Of a DNA stretch of 64,000 bases, positions 37,026 to 46,308 are shown in pieces. This DNA comes from a virus. A program made the position numbers and the translations under genes. The notes below the pieces were generated by a model. It saw only the letters and a list, made by a program, of their open reading frames with translations. It was not told the origin of the DNA and did not search any database. The stretch lies in the IMG/VR virus record IMGVR_UViG_3300005721_000046, one strand, 5' to 3'. Position 1 is the stretch's first letter, and each line of letters opens with the position of its first letter.

Positions 37026-37709
37026 TTACGCTATTTCATTTTCGACACAAAAATTCTTAAGTCTGTTGAGCTTGGCAATGGTTGCGCGAAGATGAGTTTT
37101 TTGCCAAAAGCCTGATGTTTCCATTCGCGAAGGATCTTTTGTGAAAGGTGTATCCTTTCGCTCAATCTTATTAGCCAAATATAGCCATTCAATCGCCTCT
37201 TTAAGAAAGAAGTTATGCCGTTTATGTAGAAAGGACATTTGATAACGTTTTTCTGCCTTTGCTAATTCAGGCTTTAATCGACACAAATGTTTTATAACGT
37301 TTGGTGAATCCAAATGCCGCATAACGTTTCGAACGAGCAAACTTATAAACATTATAAATATTGCGTTTTTAAGCGCCGCTATTGTTAGCAATTCATACTC
37401 GTCGAAGTGAAAGGTTTCCGGTATGTTAAAACCTTCAATCACGCTTTCAATGTTGGCCGATGGTTTGTAATATAATCGATTAAGAATGTCTAAAATGTCA
37501 TGAACAAGATCGTATGTGTTTGGATGTTCCGGATCGTTTAACGATTCCTTAGGAAATTGTTTAGCGAATTGAATGAACCAGAACAGCTTTTCGTTGAGAG
37601 TTTTCCCATGCATATTCTTCATATCATCCAACGAAATTATATCAGCTAGGTCAATCATGACGCTCTTCCGTGTCGTTTTTGTTGTCTTCGTGATTGATAT
37701 ATTTCTCAA
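37026..37709 (-). CDS. hypothetical protein
   Basis: 227 aa ORF. Confidence 0.45.
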   Translation of the reverse strand: MRNISITKTTKTTRKSVMIDLADIISLDDMKNMHGKTLNEKLFWFIQFAKQFPKESLNDPEHPNTYDLVHDILDILNRLYYKPSANIESVIEGFNIPETFHFDEYELLTIAALKNAIFIMFISLLVRNVMRHLDSPNVIKHLCRLKPELAKAEKRYQMSFLHKRHNFFLKEAIEWLYLANKIERKDTPFTKDPSRMETSGFWQKTHLRATIAKLNRLKNFCVENEIA

Positions 37710-38187
37710 TTTTTCGTTCGAGCCGCACTAATTGACATAGTTCGACGCCGATTATTAAAGCTGAATGAAAGATAAAGAACACAGCCACATAACGAAACAG
37801 TTGAATAAGGTCTGTGTGAATACCGCTAAGTCGTTCAATGAAGTTAAAAAACGTGACCCACATCGGTGTATCCGGCATTATTAATGCAAAGTCGAAAAAT
37901 AACGAGCCGTAAAAAAATACATTCGTGCGTGAATATCTTTGGTCTTTTAGTACCGATAAAATAAATTCCGAGAATTCGATTTTCACCATTTCGGTTAAGG
38001 CGAAGCGAATAATATCGTTCAGTAGAAAAAACGCCAAAAACAGCAGACATAATAAGCTATAAGGCACTATTAGTGCATAATCATTGACGCTTTGTAGGCC
38101 GAAGAGCTCATACGAGATTACAGCAATGACCATGAGCAAAATATTACGAAATGATTTTTTTGACATGTTGTTTTCTTTGTCGCTCAA
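37651..38187 (-). CDS. membrane protein (multiple TM helices)
   Basis: Hydrophobic segments throughout. Confidence 0.45.
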   Translation of the reverse strand: MSDKENNMSKKSFRNILLMVIAVISYELFGLQSVNDYALIVPYSLLCLLFLAFFLLNDIIRFALTEMVKIEFSEFILSVLKDQRYSRTNVFFYGSLFFDFALIMPDTPMWVTFFNFIERLSGIHTDLIQLFRYVAVFFIFHSALIIGVELCQLVRLERKIEKYINHEDNKNDTEERHD

Positions 38188-38555
38188 TGCAGATTATGTT
38201 CGTTTAGTTTAGAACTTATGCTCGCCTCGATGGCGTTCAAAGCGTTTCGTTCTGCTTCTGGAATTGTCGAATGAGCTTTGATTTCCGCTATTTTATTGAG
38301 CACGATAACGTTTAATGTGTTCTGTGATGGCAATAAGAGAAATATGACCATAAGCACTGGCGCGACACATGCGATTATAATCATAGCCTTTTTCGTAAGA
38401 ACCGTGATGACGGAATTCTTGTCCGGCAATATTATATACAACATAGTTACTGTTGCGATTGCGCCCCAAACAAGCAAAATCGTCGCAATAAGCAATACGA
38501 TGTATGCTGTTTGAACAAGGTCAGACCAATACATGGTCGTTATTAAATCGTTCAT
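38184..38555 (-). CDS. small membrane protein (3 TM)
   Basis: Hydrophobic segments. 4-nt overlap with the downstream gene. Confidence 0.45.
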   Translation of the reverse strand: MNDLITTMYWSDLVQTAYIVLLIATILLVWGAIATVTMLYIILPDKNSVITVLTKKAMIIIACVAPVLMVIFLLLPSQNTLNVIVLNKIAEIKAHSTIPEAERNALNAIEASISSKLNEHNLH

Positions 38556-38776
38556 ATCGTCGCCGTCAGTTCTTTACAAGTTAATATGAGCTTTAAAGTT
38601 TCGCTTGCCTCTTTGGTAATGACATCGTCGGGATAGCCTAGAGCACGGTAAACTTTGACGATTTCCGTAAGATGAGCCAGAAGCGTCAATCGAAGTCTTG
38701 CGTCCTCGTTACCGGCAAATTTCGGATCAATGTCAACGTGTGTAGTGATGTTAAATTTTAGATCGTTTCCGGTCAT
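38552..38776 (-). CDS. hypothetical small protein
   Basis: 74 aa ORF in an operon-like array. Confidence 0.35.
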   Translation of the reverse strand: MTGNDLKFNITTHVDIDPKFAGNEDARLRLTLLAHLTEIVKVYRALGYPDDVITKEASETLKLILTCKELTATI

Positions 38777-38836
38777 GATAGTTTCGCCTTTAAATTAAAA
38801 CGTGAATTGTATAAGCGACTGTTTTTATTACCGATT

Positions 38837-39418
38837 TTAAGCCGCCATTACTCTTGGATATGAAAATCGAACGTAAGTGCTAAGAACATATTTTGCCGCG
38901 TTCGAGATGGGTTTCATGTCGCTATAACGATACATCTGCATGTAGGGAAAAATAACGACTGTGCCGGTCTTTGGTTTGATTCCTGCGTCTAAATGGTCGA
39001 AGACAGTTTCTCCGCCGTTTTCGACGTCATTCAGATAGGCAAGCATTACGAATAAACGACTTGCAGTGGCGTTGCTTGTAGGACCAACAGGATGCGAAAC
39101 TCGATTGGATCCATTTGACGAATAACGTTCAATTCGGAACGACGTCAATGTCGTTGAAAAGCTCACACGTTCCGGTAGTTTTACGTTAAAATGGGTTTCG
39201 CGTGCCTGAAGAAGTGTGTTGTAAATACGCGATAGATAAGTTTTAAAGGCCGCATAATCGTGAGGATTTATTTGTTCGAAATAACCATCTGCGTCTGATT
39301 GTTCCGACTGACAAGGCTTTTTGATTTTATCTGCTAAGGTGATTAGCTTTTCACAGATATTGGTATCTAATACACCTTCATAAACGCCAATTAAATTCAA
39401 GAGAGTAGGAGTTGACAT
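38837..39418 (-). CDS. 2OG-Fe(II) oxygenase / prolyl-4-hydroxylase-like fold protein (atypical metal motif)
   Basis: 'RLFVMLAYLNDVENGGETVF...KPKTGTVVIFP' matches the P4H-like core pattern. The first His motif reads 'SHPVG' rather than HxD. Confidence 0.4.
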   Translation of the reverse strand: MSTPTLLNLIGVYEGVLDTNICEKLITLADKIKKPCQSEQSDADGYFEQINPHDYAAFKTYLSRIYNTLLQARETHFNVKLPERVSFSTTLTSFRIERYSSNGSNRVSHPVGPTSNATASRLFVMLAYLNDVENGGETVFDHLDAGIKPKTGTVVIFPYMQMYRYSDMKPISNAAKYVLSTYVRFSYPRVMAA

Positions 39419-39451
39419 AATCTATTTCTCCGAAATAGCTGCTTTCAGTTA

Positions 39452-39505
39452 GTATTATAGCTTGAGATAGCGTGGAGAAATGTCGGTATAAAAAGGCTTT
39501 AACAC
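39452..39505 (-). promoter_or_regulatory. repeated promoter-like element copy 1 (TATAAT - N11 - CGYGGAGAAATGTCGGTAT ... GGCTTTAAC)
   Basis: Minus-strand TATAAT at 39454-39459. Upstream of the 38837-39418 gene. Confidence 0.55.
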
Positions 39506-39524
39506 TTGCCTTTAGTTATGATAT

Positions 39525-39956
39525 TCATTCCGTAGGATTTAACGTTATTGTCTGTTTAGTTTCTTCGCAAAATCCGATGAAAGTCGGCATGACGTTGTAA
39601 TCTTTTTGCCATTTATCAGCGATTGCCTTAACTGCGTCATCAAAGGCCTTTTCGGCCTCACGTGAACAAATAAAAACATCTTCGTCGCCATAAAAATCGG
39701 ATATGTCCCAATTCACTTCGCCAATAAGATAATCCATATAATCAGCAAGCCTGTGATAGTAGACTTTACCAAAAATTAAATAGATTTTTGTTGGTTTTTC
39801 AGCGCAATTGGCGATTTTCGTCTTTGCATAATTCACCGCATCTTCTTGCGTTTTGAAAGCGCCTTTGTCCGTCTCGAACCGTTTTCCGTCCAGGCTCAAA
39901 AACCAACCGTCTTCGTTCAATACTCTGTTCAATGGTCTTTTACCTTTTGTTATCAT
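39525..39956 (-). CDS. hypothetical protein
   Basis: 143 aa ORF. Confidence 0.4.
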   Translation of the reverse strand: MITKGKRPLNRVLNEDGWFLSLDGKRFETDKGAFKTQEDAVNYAKTKIANCAEKPTKIYLIFGKVYYHRLADYMDYLIGEVNWDISDFYGDEDVFICSREAEKAFDDAVKAIADKWQKDYNVMPTFIGFCEETKQTITLNPTE

Positions 39957-40531
39957 TTTGTTGCTTTCTCTATGGCTTCTTTAATTTCGCGATTTAGACT
40001 GAAAAGCCCTCGAATACTTGAAAAGTTTCGTATTGTTAGCTGGGCAAGATAAATTACGGTAACAAAGCAAAACAATCGAACCAAATGAACCAGATCGATC
40101 GTTATGGCGCTTTGTTCGGTGTCAACGTTGAAAATGATTATTTGGTAGTTTGTTTCGGCTAAAGAGATTGCTATTCCGGCTAGCACACACCTTACAAAAA
40201 AAGCATTTTCTATGTAGTCGCGTTCTTTCTCAAAAAAGGATAAGACTGCTTGTCTCCAATCTGGGTTTAAGTCGGCTTTCAATATCGAAAACCTATGGCT
40301 GAACCACAGATTTAAACAAATGGCTATGCCGCTCGTTACCGTCAAAAATACGAACATATAAATGATCGTACGACCGCTAATGTCCGGCATTCCGAAAATA
40401 AAGTCGAGAACAAAGTAAAGTGCAATACTAACTAATGTAAGAAAACTATATCTATATAATTCCGGATAATCTTCTATGAAAAAGATCATTCTATTTATAA
40501 TATTGTTTATTAAACTTTTTAATGTTGTCAT
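39953..40531 (-). CDS. membrane protein (4-5 TM)
   Basis: Hydrophobic segments. Confidence 0.45.
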   Translation of the reverse strand: MTTLKSLINNIINRMIFFIEDYPELYRYSFLTLVSIALYFVLDFIFGMPDISGRTIIYMFVFLTVTSGIAICLNLWFSHRFSILKADLNPDWRQAVLSFFEKERDYIENAFFVRCVLAGIAISLAETNYQIIIFNVDTEQSAITIDLVHLVRLFCFVTVIYLAQLTIRNFSSIRGLFSLNREIKEAIEKATK

Positions 40532-40577
40532 TAGCTTATCACCTCGACAAAACGATTGCTTGAGTTAATTTCGTGAG

Positions 40578-40630
40578 TTATTATAACTGATAACAACGCG
40601 GAAAAATGTCGGTATGAAAAGGCTTTAACG
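40578..40630 (-). promoter_or_regulatory. repeated promoter-like element copy 2
   Basis: Minus-strand TATAAT at 40580-40585, N11, then CGCGGAAAAATGTCGGTATGAAAAGGCTTTAACG. Confidence 0.55.
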
Positions 40631-41398
40631 ATGTCTCGTGTTTAGTTTTTTCTCAAGTTTTTCAAAGCAAGCCGAAAGCATGCTGGAATCATAACCATTA
40701 AATAATTCACCAGCGGATAATGCAGATTGATGACTGTCAAAACCGGTTTTTGTTTTGCAATAGTCGAAGCTGATAACTTTAAAACCATATGTGCCTTTGT
40801 TATTCTCATCCTCAAAGGTTCTTACCCATTGAAAGATTCCTTGAGATTGCAAACCACATATAAAATCTTTAGGTTCGATTAAAATACCAAGTTCTTTACG
40901 TGAAAAATCTGGTTTTTCCATAAGCTCGGTTGCGTTAGCTAATATGAAATTTTTTATTTCAAAATAAACTTTATTATATGGTCGATTATGCTTTTTAGAA
41001 GCCCATTCGGTCGCGATTATTAACTTTTCAATGCCTGATTTAGATAAATCGTCATAACAATGCATGTAATAATCTTCAGGAATAATCTCAGCGACAAGGC
41101 TTAATGCGTCTTGCATATTATTTGCAAAAACAGAATCCTCGTAGAGGTTTAATTCGTCATATCCAAATGTGAAAATAAACTCAATGTCATTTTCATCAGA
41201 TTTATCAATCCTCAAGCGAACATTGAATGGTAAATGATCTAATTTTGAATCATATGGAACAAAATTAGAGTCTCGTAAATTTTCAATGGAGCCTCGAATG
41301 GTCTTGCTTACGGGCGTCATTTTAATTCTTTTGTTTGTTTTATCATCACAAATGACAAACCACGAATTAACCGGGCCGCGCAAAAGATATGCCTGCAT
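40625..41398 (-). CDS. hypothetical protein
   Basis: 257 aa ORF. Confidence 0.4.
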   Translation of the reverse strand: MQAYLLRGPVNSWFVICDDKTNKRIKMTPVSKTIRGSIENLRDSNFVPYDSKLDHLPFNVRLRIDKSDENDIEFIFTFGYDELNLYEDSVFANNMQDALSLVAEIIPEDYYMHCYDDLSKSGIEKLIIATEWASKKHNRPYNKVYFEIKNFILANATELMEKPDFSRKELGILIEPKDFICGLQSQGIFQWVRTFEDENNKGTYGFKVISFDYCKTKTGFDSHQSALSAGELFNGYDSSMLSACFEKLEKKLNTRHR

Positions 41399-41498
41399 AA
41401 TTGATGTCTTTCATATTAAGATAGATAAATGGCAATTGACAAAAACTGGCCGTCTCGAACGGTGTAAACGATGTTATTCAATTAATTCAGACGTGACA

Positions 41499-41792
41499 CT
41501 AAACATTTTCGTTTATTTGGTTGTCAAGTTTATCAAGCATTTTCTGCCTTTCACGTTGGTCAAGTCCCCACAACTGCGGATTGATTGCATAATTGTGCTT
41601 GTGACAATGTGTTGCGTGTTGAACAGCTTCGTCTAGGGTGTCAAACACGCCTAGCCATTCACCATAAAGAACCGGAAAAGTTATGCCATATTGTCCTTGA
41701 CTTCGGCCGTAATAACCAAATGAAATATGATATCTTTTATCAATTTTCAGCTCTCCTCGCTTGTTTATTCGCTTATCAGAGGCGATACGCAT
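41499..41792 (-). CDS. hypothetical protein
   Basis: 97 aa ORF with a promoter element upstream. Confidence 0.4.
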   Translation of the reverse strand: MRIASDKRINKRGELKIDKRYHISFGYYGRSQGQYGITFPVLYGEWLGVFDTLDEAVQHATHCHKHNYAINPQLWGLDQRERQKMLDKLDNQINENV

Positions 41793-41827
41793 GATGAATT
41801 CTCCGTTCGTTTGTTTTGTTGTCTTTC

Positions 41828-41880
41828 GCTATTATAGCTGCAGAAAACGCGGAGAAATGTCGGTAAAAGAAGGCATTAAA
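41828..41880 (-). promoter_or_regulatory. repeated promoter-like element copy 3
   Basis: Minus-strand TATAAT at 41831-41836, N11, then the conserved block. Confidence 0.55.
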
Positions 41881-41886
41881 CGTTTT

Positions 41887-42600
41887 TTAAGACCAATTTT
41901 GATCTTCTTCTATTTGCTTTTTTCTTATTTCGACAGCGCCCTTTAATCGTTCAATGAAGCGTTGCTTTGCCGTCATGATGTCATTACGCGGAAGAATAAT
42001 ATCTGAACCATCAAACTTGGCGAGTGTTTCTGTATAACGAATGGCGATATTCTTATAAGCGATAATACCGGAACCGGGTCGATAATCCTCTATGATCGAA
42101 AAGATATAAAGGAATGAACGCCGCGCTATTTTACGTTGTGCTATCGAAATAGCTTGGTTTATATCTAAAAATGGGCCGCCGCCAATGCCGTCGACACTTA
42201 GACATGGCTTATTAGACGTATCTCGCTGATGTTCTTCAATGTACCAAAAATAGCTTTCTGGCTTTTGTTGCCATTGTTTTTCTTTCTCTTTCGTTTTCTC
42301 GAACGCTTGTTTTAAAGCATAACAATCGCTTTGATTTAAATGATAACCCACGCAGATTTTTTTAACCACATCCGTAGGTAACGTTGTAGTTCCGGCTTCG
42401 AGCCAAGCCAGCAGTGATGCGTGTACGCCAGTCACTCTTTCCATGTCTTCAATACCATGCTTATGGGCCTTTCGTATCGTACGAATTGCAAGTCCAAAAT
42501 CTGTCGTCTCGCTTGGTATCTCGAATAAGCTGTCGCTGTTCTCGACGTTTAAGTCCCAACTCCAGTACCAATTAGTGCTCTTTTTATCTTTAATTGTCAT
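41887..42600 (-). CDS. XRE-family HTH regulator with novel C-terminal domain (paralog 1)
   Basis: HTH 'AIRTIRKAHKHGIEDMERVTGVHASLLAWLEAG'. Along-length similarity to 42726-43421. Confidence 0.55.
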   Translation of the reverse strand: MTIKDKKSTNWYWSWDLNVENSDSLFEIPSETTDFGLAIRTIRKAHKHGIEDMERVTGVHASLLAWLEAGTTTLPTDVVKKICVGYHLNQSDCYALKQAFEKTKEKEKQWQQKPESYFWYIEEHQRDTSNKPCLSVDGIGGGPFLDINQAISIAQRKIARRSFLYIFSIIEDYRPGSGIIAYKNIAIRYTETLAKFDGSDIILPRNDIMTAKQRFIERLKGAVEIRKKQIEEDQNWS

Positions 42601-42667
42601 GCTTTGTTTCCATCTCTATCGTCTCGACGAAACGGTTGTTTGTGCTAATTCTGTGTGATTGAGTGTT

Positions 42668-42722
42668 TATTATAGCTGCAGAAAACGTGGAGAAGTGTCG
42701 GTATGAAAAGGCTTTAAACGCG
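42668..42722 (-). promoter_or_regulatory. repeated promoter-like element copy 4
   Basis: Minus-strand TATAAT at 42669-42674. Confidence 0.55.
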
Positions 42723-42725
42723 TTC

Positions 42726-43421
42726 TCAGGAATAAAACTGGTCTTGTTCTTGTTGTTTTTGCCTTATCTCAACAGCGTTTTTTAAACGTTCGATGAAGCG
42801 TTCCTTTGCCGTCATCATCTCTTTACGCTGAATAATACCTGAGGCGCTAGACTTGGCGAATGTTTCTACAAAACGAATGACGATATTCTTATAAGCAATA
42901 ATACCGGAGCCAGGTCGATAATCCTCTACAACCGAAAAAACATAAACGGTTGACGGCTGTACCACTTTAAATTGTGCTACCGAAATAGCTTGGTCAATAT
43001 CTAAAAATGGACCGCCGCCAATACCATTGTTGTTTTGCGAGGAGGGCTGATGTTCTTCAATGTACCAAAAATAACTTTCTGGCTTTTGTTCCCATTGTTC
43101 TTCTTTGATTTTTGTTTTTCGGAAAGCTTGCCTCAAGGCATAATCATCTTCCTGGCTTAATTGATAACCCACGCAGATTTTCTCATCGACTCCATAAGGC
43201 AATCTTACAATTCCGCTTTCAAGGCAACTCAGTAGGCGATAGTCGACATCGGTCAATCTTCCCATGTCGACGACGGTATGATTATGAGCCTTTCGTATCG
43301 TTCGAATTGCATGACCGAAATTCGTTATTTCACTTAGAATTTCAAATAGGCTGTCATTAGTCTTAAAATCCGAGTCCCAGTTCCAGTGCCAATTAGTGCT
43401 CTTTTTGTCCTTAATTGTCAT
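42726..43421 (-). CDS. XRE-family HTH regulator with novel C-terminal domain (paralog 2)
   Basis: Start set at 'MTIKDKKSTNW', which is conserved with paralog 1. The longest ORF extends to 43448. Confidence 0.55.
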   Translation of the reverse strand: MTIKDKKSTNWHWNWDSDFKTNDSLFEILSEITNFGHAIRTIRKAHNHTVVDMGRLTDVDYRLLSCLESGIVRLPYGVDEKICVGYQLSQEDDYALRQAFRKTKIKEEQWEQKPESYFWYIEEHQPSSQNNNGIGGGPFLDIDQAISVAQFKVVQPSTVYVFSVVEDYRPGSGIIAYKNIVIRFVETFAKSSASGIIQRKEMMTAKERFIERLKNAVEIRQKQQEQDQFYS

Positions 43422-43499
43422 GTTATCGTCGACTCCTAACATCTTCACAAAGTGTCTTTTCTCCCGTTATGGGTTGATAGACGTGTGATTATTGTTGCA

Positions 43500-43697
43500 T
43501 TAAGAGCACTCCTCGAGGGCAATTCTTACAGCCGTATTAACTTGAGCGATAATTCGCTCATCGGTGTCTCCTCGCTTCTTTAAAATACGAACAATGGTAG
43601 TCATAAAAGCGGCCGGTAAGACACGAGCCGACTCGTCGTCAGAAAGTCTTCGATCCGCTTCAATCTTTATTGAAATTTTTGGTAAGTTGTCGGTCAT
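43500..43697 (-). CDS. hypothetical small protein
   Basis: 65 aa ORF with a promoter element upstream. Confidence 0.35.
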   Translation of the reverse strand: MTDNLPKISIKIEADRRLSDDESARVLPAAFMTTIVRILKKRGDTDERIIAQVNTAVRIALEECS

Positions 43698-43776
43698 TTT
43701 GTTTTCTCTTTATTCGGTTCATCTGTCGCGTCAATGAGACGTTCGTTTGTGTTGATTTTGCGTTATTGTATGTTTG

Positions 43777-43835
43777 ATTATAGCTGCAAACAGTGCGGAA
43801 AAATGCTGGGTAAAGAAGGTATTAAACACCTGATA
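43777..43835 (-). promoter_or_regulatory. repeated promoter-like element copy 5
   Basis: Minus-strand TATAAT at 43777-43782. Confidence 0.55.
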
Positions 43836-43873
43836 GAGACAATTGATTCAATGATGAATGGTTTTCGCTGTAA

Positions 43874-44251
43874 TCAATGGATATTGTCGGTTGTGTCGCG
43901 TTCTTTTCCTGATGAATAGCTGGCCGTCAGTGATTGCAAATAATCGCGTTCTGATTGCGATAAATTACCATCAGCTAACGCGGTTGCGATTGTCGCTTTG
44001 ATTATTTCTTTTTCAGCGGATAATGACGGCATTAGCGAATAAAAGAAAAAAAACGCACAAGAAGCAAAAAGAAAACCTCCAGTTATCATTTTCAGTTCGT
44101 CCGTTATTTTTTCTCCAGCCATGCTGACCGCCAGAATTACAAACATCGCTATCCAAAAAAAGATAAATGAAGTTGATGCGGTTACGAAAAAGAATGTTTG
44201 CAAATTGCTCGCGCCGTCACAGCGATAAATTATGCCAATAACGTCATTCAT
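43874..44251 (-). CDS. membrane protein (3 TM)
   Basis: Hydrophobic segments. 4-nt overlap with the upstream gene. Confidence 0.4.
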   Translation of the reverse strand: MNDVIGIIYRCDGASNLQTFFFVTASTSFIFFWIAMFVILAVSMAGEKITDELKMITGGFLFASCAFFFFYSLMPSLSAEKEIIKATIATALADGNLSQSERDYLQSLTASYSSGKERDTTDNIH

Positions 44252-44781
44252 TCTGCGATTTTCTCTTTTATTTCGTTTAAATTTGTTTCGGCCGCGAGCA
44301 ATTCAGCCAATTTTTCTTGAGCCAGAACAATAGCGTCTATGCCGCTGTTAAGCTTTCTTTGCTGGTAAATGTCGAAACAGGTTTGGAAAAATTCGGTTAG
44401 CAGGAAAAAACTAATAGCGAAGCGAACCGCTTGTACGACATCAACTGCCCCAACGCGATTACCGACATGACTAAACAGTTCAATTTGAAAATGAAAATCT
44501 GGTAGTAAAACCATAATATTGGTAAGAATGGATAGCAGAATAAATAAGACAAATTTTTTTCGCCAAACACGTTCGAGGTTGGTTATAAGATATTCGCGAA
44601 GATGCGTTTCTCCTATCGTCGCAGCTTTGGTAACTGTTCTATTAACCAGTTCAAGAGAATATATTCTTGGAAGCGCGAAAATAACATAGGAAATGCTGAG
44701 TTCCGTTAATGTAACGATAGGACTTTGCATAAACACGTAATAGAGAAACGCGAGTATGGCTAAGAAGCAGGCTTTTTTCAT
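44248..44781 (-). CDS. membrane protein (4 TM)
   Basis: Hydrophobic segments. Confidence 0.4.
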   Translation of the reverse strand: MKKACFLAILAFLYYVFMQSPIVTLTELSISYVIFALPRIYSLELVNRTVTKAATIGETHLREYLITNLERVWRKKFVLFILLSILTNIMVLLPDFHFQIELFSHVGNRVGAVDVVQAVRFAISFFLLTEFFQTCFDIYQQRKLNSGIDAIVLAQEKLAELLAAETNLNEIKEKIAE

Positions 44782-44830
44782 TTTTCGGCCTCTAAATGTT
44801 CGTAGTGGGATTCACCGTCTTGTTGTCGGT

Positions 44831-45337
44831 CTAAACTTCTTCGGAAGAGGCGATAGTCGCGTCGTAATAGATAATTTTGATACCGAGTGAGCCTGCGCTA
44901 CCAAGCTGATCAATATGATAAGATGGATCTTCAATATCGATCAGCCCGTTTAGATGTTGTTCGATAATGTCGTTGAACGCATCTCCGGGACTTTTACTCG
45001 GCCAAAGACCTCTTCCGGCTTTAATCGCTGCAGTAAATTTAGGAAGATCGATTTCACACGTTAGATATGTTTCGGCTTTAACGTTAATTGTTTTTATCGA
45101 TCCATCTTCTGTTTCGTTTTGTATTCGCTTTATCAAAAGTTGATTGCGGCGCAGTGAGACGTCAAACTTTGTTTCTCTATTTTCTTCGTCAAAAACCGAA
45201 AAAGTTTCATGAGATTGTTCGGTGTCTAGCTTCTGTAGGCGTTGCGCTACGTCTTTATTTAAGAAAATGTAACTTGCTATTGCGTCTTTGGGATTGCGAG
45301 CGGCTATTTTTTGTTTATTTATGATGAAAAAGTTCAT
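44831..45337 (-). CDS. hypothetical protein
   Basis: 168 aa ORF. Confidence 0.4.
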   Translation of the reverse strand: MNFFIINKQKIAARNPKDAIASYIFLNKDVAQRLQKLDTEQSHETFSVFDEENRETKFDVSLRRNQLLIKRIQNETEDGSIKTINVKAETYLTCEIDLPKFTAAIKAGRGLWPSKSPGDAFNDIIEQHLNGLIDIEDPSYHIDQLGSAGSLGIKIIYYDATIASSEEV

Positions 45338-45349
45338 TTTTATATGCCT

Positions 45350-46036
45350 TCAAACCGTCGCTTCGATTAGTTTTCTTTCGTCAATGACTTTTTTAATTTT
45401 GGCGCGTAAAATAACAGCCGCTGCTGCTGCGTTATATGTCCACTTTCGCATCCATTCATTTTTTTGATGCGAGTAATGAAATCCTCGTTCTTTCAAAAGA
45501 TCAGTAATGTCCGGCGAAGGCTTTTCTGAAAAAATGAATTTTATTCGTTTTTCTTCGGAATTCTGTTCAAGATCAAAGCCGTATTCCGGGTAAGAAAGTC
45601 TCTTTGTTTTAAGCGTTGCGATATGCTTTATTTCCTCAATTCGTTTTTTTAACCGACGAATTTCTGAATATTTTGCGGCTGTCTTATTTTTTTCGGCTTT
45701 TATCTCGGCGAGCTTGGCTTCAAGCTTTTCAACCGCATCCGGATCATCACTTGAAATGCCGCCTTTACCGACTGATTTCGCTTTTTCTTCATAAAATTCC
45801 GCTTTTTCAATTTCTTTGGTCGCACGACTAAAAGCACTGTCAAGCTGGTTTTGAGTCCGTAAATGTTTTTGTTCAGAATAATGACCGCGTAAAACGGGTT
45901 GACCACCTGAGCCCAAAAAGACCTGATGCCGTTCGTGCGCGGCATTCAATATTTCGTCCGATTTTTGTCGAGCTGTTGCGGCTTTTTTGAGCAGTTGTTG
46001 ACGTTTTTGTTCCTGTTTTTCGTAGATATTCGTCAT
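45350..46036 (-). CDS. hypothetical coiled-coil protein
   Basis: 228 aa. Five CCTTATTT repeats lie immediately upstream. Confidence 0.45.
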   Translation of the reverse strand: MTNIYEKQEQKRQQLLKKAATARQKSDEILNAAHERHQVFLGSGGQPVLRGHYSEQKHLRTQNQLDSAFSRATKEIEKAEFYEEKAKSVGKGGISSDDPDAVEKLEAKLAEIKAEKNKTAAKYSEIRRLKKRIEEIKHIATLKTKRLSYPEYGFDLEQNSEEKRIKFIFSEKPSPDITDLLKERGFHYSHQKNEWMRKWTYNAAAAAVILRAKIKKVIDERKLIEATV

Positions 46037-46045
46037 TTTTCAAAA

Positions 46046-46085
46046 CCTTATTTCCTTATTTCCTTATTTCTTTATTTCCCTATTT
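46046..46085 (+). repeat. 5 tandem copies of CCTTATTT (= AAATAAGG), abutting the start of gene 45350-46036
   Basis: Seen directly. Confidence 0.7.
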
Positions 46086-46308
46086 ATGTATATAGGGAGA
46101 TAAAGAAATGCGCGAAGCGGTCTGATTTAACCGTAATGTCAATACTTAGTCACAAAGAAGCGGCATCAGACTTTTCTTGCTTAGTAGGACGTTCGCGCGC
46201 ACCCCGAAAGGAATCTTTGTGACTTGGCATCGTAAGCTGTTTAGTGTCACAGCATCACGTTCTGATATTATGTATAGCGAAAATAAATGTGGAAGTATTG
46301 AGGATGTG

